This document shows positions 60,086 through 64,000 of a DNA stretch of 64,000 nucleotides, piece by piece; the first letter of the stretch is position 1, and each line of letters opens with the position of its first letter. The stretch is from an uncultured delta proteobacterium (GTDB lineage Bacteria > Desulfobacterota > Binatia > Bin18): the NCBI GenBank assembly GCA_963733195.1, contig CAVTCR010000005.1, forward strand, positions 17,132-81,131, given 5' to 3'. Below the pieces are notes generated by a model, which did not search any database, was not told the DNA's origin, and saw nothing but the letters and a program-made list of their open reading frames with translations. The position numbers and the translations under genes are program-made.

Positions 60086-60973
60086 CTACCGAGCTAACGG
60101 TCGGTGTCCCCATATACTGCCAGACATATGATGTTGCACCTGCCAGGTGCTGTCATCTACGACGCGACCACCGTAGCCGTACTCGACTTCAAATCCGGCT
60201 GGTGAACGCATATAGAACGACATCATCTGGTCGTTGGTATGGCGACCTAAACTGCGATTGATCGGAACACCCTGATCCTGGCAGAGGTAGAACGTTGATC
60301 CGACGTCATCGAGCGATTGTGCTTGCAACATGAAATGATTAAGGCGTTTCTGCGCATTGGGCATGCCGAAGAAGGCAATCGTGTGGTGACGTGGATTACA
60401 GTGAAAGAAGACCAGATACAGCTTCTGTCCAGTAGGACGGACGACGTGTACGAAGTCACTAATACGCATACCCAGGACATCGCGGTAGAATTGTAAACTC
60501 TGCTCCATGTCATCCATGGTAACGACCATGTGTCCTAAGCCTTGCTGGCCGGCGACGAAGCCGGAGATCTGGCGCGGCGAGCGGAACGGCGTGTTATACG
60601 CCATCAACGGACCATAGAAGATCTCTGACGGAATGCCGCTCGGATCTTTGAAGCAGATGAGGTCAACCACACGACGCGAGGCAGCCTCGTCGGGCGTTCC
60701 TTTACGGACTTCGACTCCGGCGGCTTTGAGCTGCGCGGCCATACCTTTGAGGGCATGCTCATCGGCAACTTCCCAACCGAAATATGCGGCATCGTCTTTC
60801 CCCGTGGGATGGACCAGAAAACGATGATGATATTCATCCATGCGGAATAAGAGGGTGCCATCATTCTCTCGACTAGCGACTTGTAATCCTAAAGTTTGTG
60901 TAGCGAATTGTTCCCAGGCGTTAATATCGCTGACACTGAGTCCCAGGTAACCCAATTGCGTGACACGTTCCAT
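60086..60973 (-). CDS. Type I extradiol ring-cleavage dioxygenase (BphC/HsaC-like)
   Basis: QLGYLG, GLGH, FHCNPRHHT, HFMLQ, GRHTND..SFY..EVEYG. Confidence 0.92.
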   Translation of the reverse strand: MERVTQLGYLGLSVSDINAWEQFATQTLGLQVASRENDGTLLFRMDEYHHRFLVHPTGKDDAAYFGWEVADEHALKGMAAQLKAAGVEVRKGTPDEAASRRVVDLICFKDPSGIPSEIFYGPLMAYNTPFRSPRQISGFVAGQQGLGHMVVTMDDMEQSLQFYRDVLGMRISDFVHVVRPTGQKLYLVFFHCNPRHHTIAFFGMPNAQKRLNHFMLQAQSLDDVGSTFYLCQDQGVPINRSLGRHTNDQMMSFYMRSPAGFEVEYGYGGRVVDDSTWQVQHHMSGSIWGHRPLAR

Positions 60974-61181
60974 ACAACCCTCCTTTACGAATACGAGGCA
61001 TGTCGCGCACTCTAGCACGGCGATGAGGAGGGGGAAAAGGGGAAAGCGAGAAACAGGCTACAGGCTGTAGGTTTCAGGGAGAAAAGCACCCAAGTCGAGT
61101 CGAGCAAGCCGCGCCCGTTAGTTAATACCGAGAGAATATTCGCAATTCACGTTTGGAATTTGTGCGAGGTCAATTCACGCT

Positions 61182-61240
61182 CCATTCGTCCTGAGCCTTC
61201 GAAAGCTCAGGATAAAACGCTTAGCGAAGTCGAAGGGCGC
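61182..61240. repeat. REP-like element (CTGAGC..GTCGAAG family)
   Basis: TTCGTCCTGAGCCTTCGAAAGCTCAGGA..GCGAAGTCGAAGGGCG. Confidence 0.7.
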
Positions 61241-61288
61241 GCAGTCATGTAGGGCCATGCTCCCCTTGCCGTCTGAAAACAGCCTGCA

Positions 61289-61558
61289 TCAGAAGATCTG
61301 ATCTGGCGTGAATTGATACAGCGGCGGTGGCTCTGGCGTGGAGACAGGAACCTGTACTGGTTTCAGCCACCCGCACTGCTCAGCTTTTTCATAGAAAGTT
61401 TTCACCGAGTGGCCGGCTAACGCCACAAATGGAATTACAATCATGCGTTCATTGCCAATCGGTTTGACGAACCAGTTATTATCTTGATCGATGACATAAT
61501 TGAACGAAGTAAGTAGTTCTTGGATCGAGTTGTAGCGAGCTGCTTGTAGATTTATCAT
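61289..61558 (-). CDS. Small hypothetical protein
   Basis: MINLQAARYNSIQELL..; preceded by a sigma54-like promoter. Confidence 0.6.
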   Translation of the reverse strand: MINLQAARYNSIQELLTSFNYVIDQDNNWFVKPIGNERMIVIPFVALAGHSVKTFYEKAEQCGWLKPVQVPVSTPEPPPLYQFTPDQIF

Positions 61559-61593
61559 TGTTGGTACCCCCAGGTGAATTACCGACACCACAG

Positions 61594-61609
61594 AGCATAC
61601 GCCGTGCCA
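61594..61609 (-). promoter_or_regulatory. Sigma54 (-24/-12) promoter
   Basis: TGGCACGGCGTATGCT with correct GG-N10-GC spacing and an AT-rich upstream region. Confidence 0.65.
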
Positions 61610-61856
61610 CAACCAGTCAATAAAAATTTCTCGGATAATATCTGGGAGAAATAGTATTTTTCTTCATTCTGTTAGGAATAACAAAATGAAAGTAGCGGAG
61701 AGCTGATTATTGAAATGACGGAGGCGGCATTTTTTTGTCAGCTATGGTTATCTTATTAAAAATAAATTTGACGTCAGGTTATTCGCGGTTTTTGGGGTAG
61801 ACTGCGTTAGTCATGGGGTCTGCAATAACGCATCTGTAAAACTGGGAGGGTGAAGG

Positions 61857-64000
61857 ATGAACCTCTCAAGAGTTCTGACCTTTGGCTTTTGGAAGAAATT
61901 TCTTTTGTGGAGCATAGTTGGGCAGATTGTCTTCACGCTCTTCGGCTTCTTTGGCCTGCCGTATATCCTCAAGTATGTCCTCACCAGTCAACTGACGAAA
62001 CTCCTCCACCGTGAGACCACGGTCCAAGAAGTCCGCTTCAATCCGTTTTACTTGACACTCCAAGTGAAAGGGCTCGGGATCAAGGATCGTGATGGTATTG
62101 ATCCGTTTGTTTCGTTTGAGGAACTCGCGCTTGATCTCGAAGCCGCCTCAGTATGGGAGCGTGGGCCAATTGTGCGGGACATTTTGCTCAAAGGACCATC
62201 CATTTCGATCATCCGTAACGAAGACCAAAGCTATAATTTCTCGGATCTGCTCACCGAGTTTACGGCCACACCGGAAACACCGCCACAAACCCAACCGGAG
62301 TCAGAACCGTTACGTTTCTCATTCAATAATATCCGTTTAGAGAACGGGAGTGTTGATTTTGACGACCGTCCCCAAAAGGCACAACACACCGTCCGTGATC
62401 TCAATGTTGGCATCCCCTTTCTCTCGCGTTTGCCGTACCAGGTTGATGTATACACCGAGCCGTCGTTCGCGGCGAAAATCAACGGTACGCCGATCGCTCT
62501 TGGCGGTAAGACCAAACCATTCAGCACCACGCGGGAAACGTCACTCGACGTGAACATCAAGAACATCGAATTACCCAAATATCTCGAATACATTCCTGCC
62601 GACCTGCGTTTCAAACTCGACTCCGGGAGTCTAGATACCAAACTGGCGCTTTCGTTCACTCAACAGAGTGAGCAGGAGCGTGCCCTGTTGGTCAACGGTT
62701 CGATCGTGCTCAATAACCTGGTGGTGACCACCCTGGGTGATCAGCCCGTACTAACGTTGCCGCTCTTACAGGTGCCCGTTGATACGCTCGACGTCTTTGC
62801 CCGTAAGGTCAAGCTTGGGACAATCCTTTTGCAAAGGCCGGAAGTGCATCTGCAACTTGATAAAGCCGGGGTGCTCAACGTCACAACCCTTGTAGGAGAG
62901 CAGAAGACTGAGGCGACGAAGAAGGATGAGGCAGAGAAGAAGACGGAGACAACAATAGAGAAAAAAAATAAGAGATAGAAGCAGCGAAGAAGACAGAAGC
63001 GGAGATAGTGACAGAGACAGCGGAGAAGATAGAGGCAGAGAAGAAACCGGAGTCTGCACCAGAGGTCACTCCAACGATTGTTGAGATTCCCGAGATTCGT
63101 CTCACTGAAGGTAAGATGACATTCATTGACGAAACACAAGAGAAGCCGTTTCAGACCGTGCTCGATAGTCTCAATGTGATTGTTCGTCAGGTAAGTACTG
63201 ATGTAACGAAACCCATTGCACTTGAGGTAGCGTGTAAGAGTGATGCTGGTGAGGTAATCCAACAAACCGGGACGGTTCTGCGTGAGCCTCTCAAAGCTGA
63301 AGGAACTGTCTCTGTACAACAGCTTCCTATCAATCGTTATGCCTCCTATTATGCCAAGTACCTTTTGTTTGATATCGAAGACGGAAAGGTCGATGTCTCG
63401 ACGCAATTCTCGTACGCCAAAGGGCCAGAGACGAGCACTTCAACGACCCTTTCGGGTCTAGCGGTGACGCTTAATGCGCTACGGTTACGGAAACGAGGAG
63501 AAAAGGACGATTTTCTTAGAGTCCCGGCCTTCACGATCAAAGACGCCGCTATTGATGTGGAGAACCAAAACATCACTGTGAGTGAAGTAACGACGGGCAA
63601 GGGAGCCATACAAGTCAGACGCGAAAAGGACGGGACCCTCAGCCTTGCGAACTTGGTGCCAACAACGACAGCCTCAGAGAAGAAACCAATAGCTACTCCT
63701 ACTCTACGCAAAAGGAAAAAAGCAGCCAATAAGTCTCAGGAGCCAGCACCTCAAGACAAGACAGGGCAGCCGTGGTTGGTCCAAGTGAAAAAGATCAATC
63801 TCGATCAATATGCGATACGGTTTGACGACAAAGTGCCACGGCAACCGGTATCGATACTGGCCGCTCCATTTTCTGTTTCACTAGAGAATTTCTCTACGGG
63901 AAAAAATAACGAAGTAAAAACCGCTGTACGCATGACTGTGAACAAGAGTGGAACTATTGCGGTTGATGGTCCGGTGAGTCTCAGTCCGCTGACGACAACT
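61857..64000 (+). CDS. DUF748 domain (AsmA-like) protein; frameshift at ~62965-62971; runs off window
   Basis: N-terminal TM, VRFNPF.L, YNFSDL, repeated beta-rich units; continues in the shifted frame (IPEIRLTEGKMTFID..). Confidence 0.85.

Noticed and set aside
62900-63050. Phase-variable poly-A switch in the DUF748 gene
   Set aside because: The A8 run in an E/K-rich linker is an expected site of sequencing error; cannot be distinguished without reads.
502-63729. Numerous antisense and nested ORFs in the six-frame track
   Set aside because: They are shadows of motif-supported genes on the other strand or frame.

Overview
A gene-dense bacterial chromosomal window of moderate GC. Its gene content (several amidohydrolase_2, luciferase-like monooxygenase and alpha/beta-hydrolase paralogs, giant cyclase-AAA-TPR proteins, many short tandem and palindromic repeats) suggests a Candidatus Binatia/Binatota-like lineage; this is an inference, as no marker gene is present. 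It holds housekeeping genes (bolA, polA, pgi-like, RNase II-like), many catabolic and redox enzymes, and three minus-strand tRNAs (Gly-GCC, Arg-ACG, Ser-GCT). Each tRNA marks an integration hot spot. tRNA-Gly has a ~1 kb integrase-less island carrying only a toxin-antitoxin pair, next to a lexA-dinB cassette with its own palindromic operator. tRNA-Arg has a ~3.2 kb integrase-less island with attC-bounded integron cassettes and an IS630 scar. A ~3.5 kb block with a tyrosine-integrase remnant separates tRNA-Ser from tRNA-Arg. Other notable items are an intact plus degenerate pair of tandem class III cyclases carrying in-frame heptamer repeats, a palindromic repeat translated inside a flavoprotein, a BON-OmpA plus coiled-coil/DUF4332 operon, and a NorQ/CbbQ ATPase coupled to a TPR protein. 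Single-base indels in conserved genes, including polA, look like assembly errors, so pseudogene calls are provisional. No CRISPR array or rRNA was seen.
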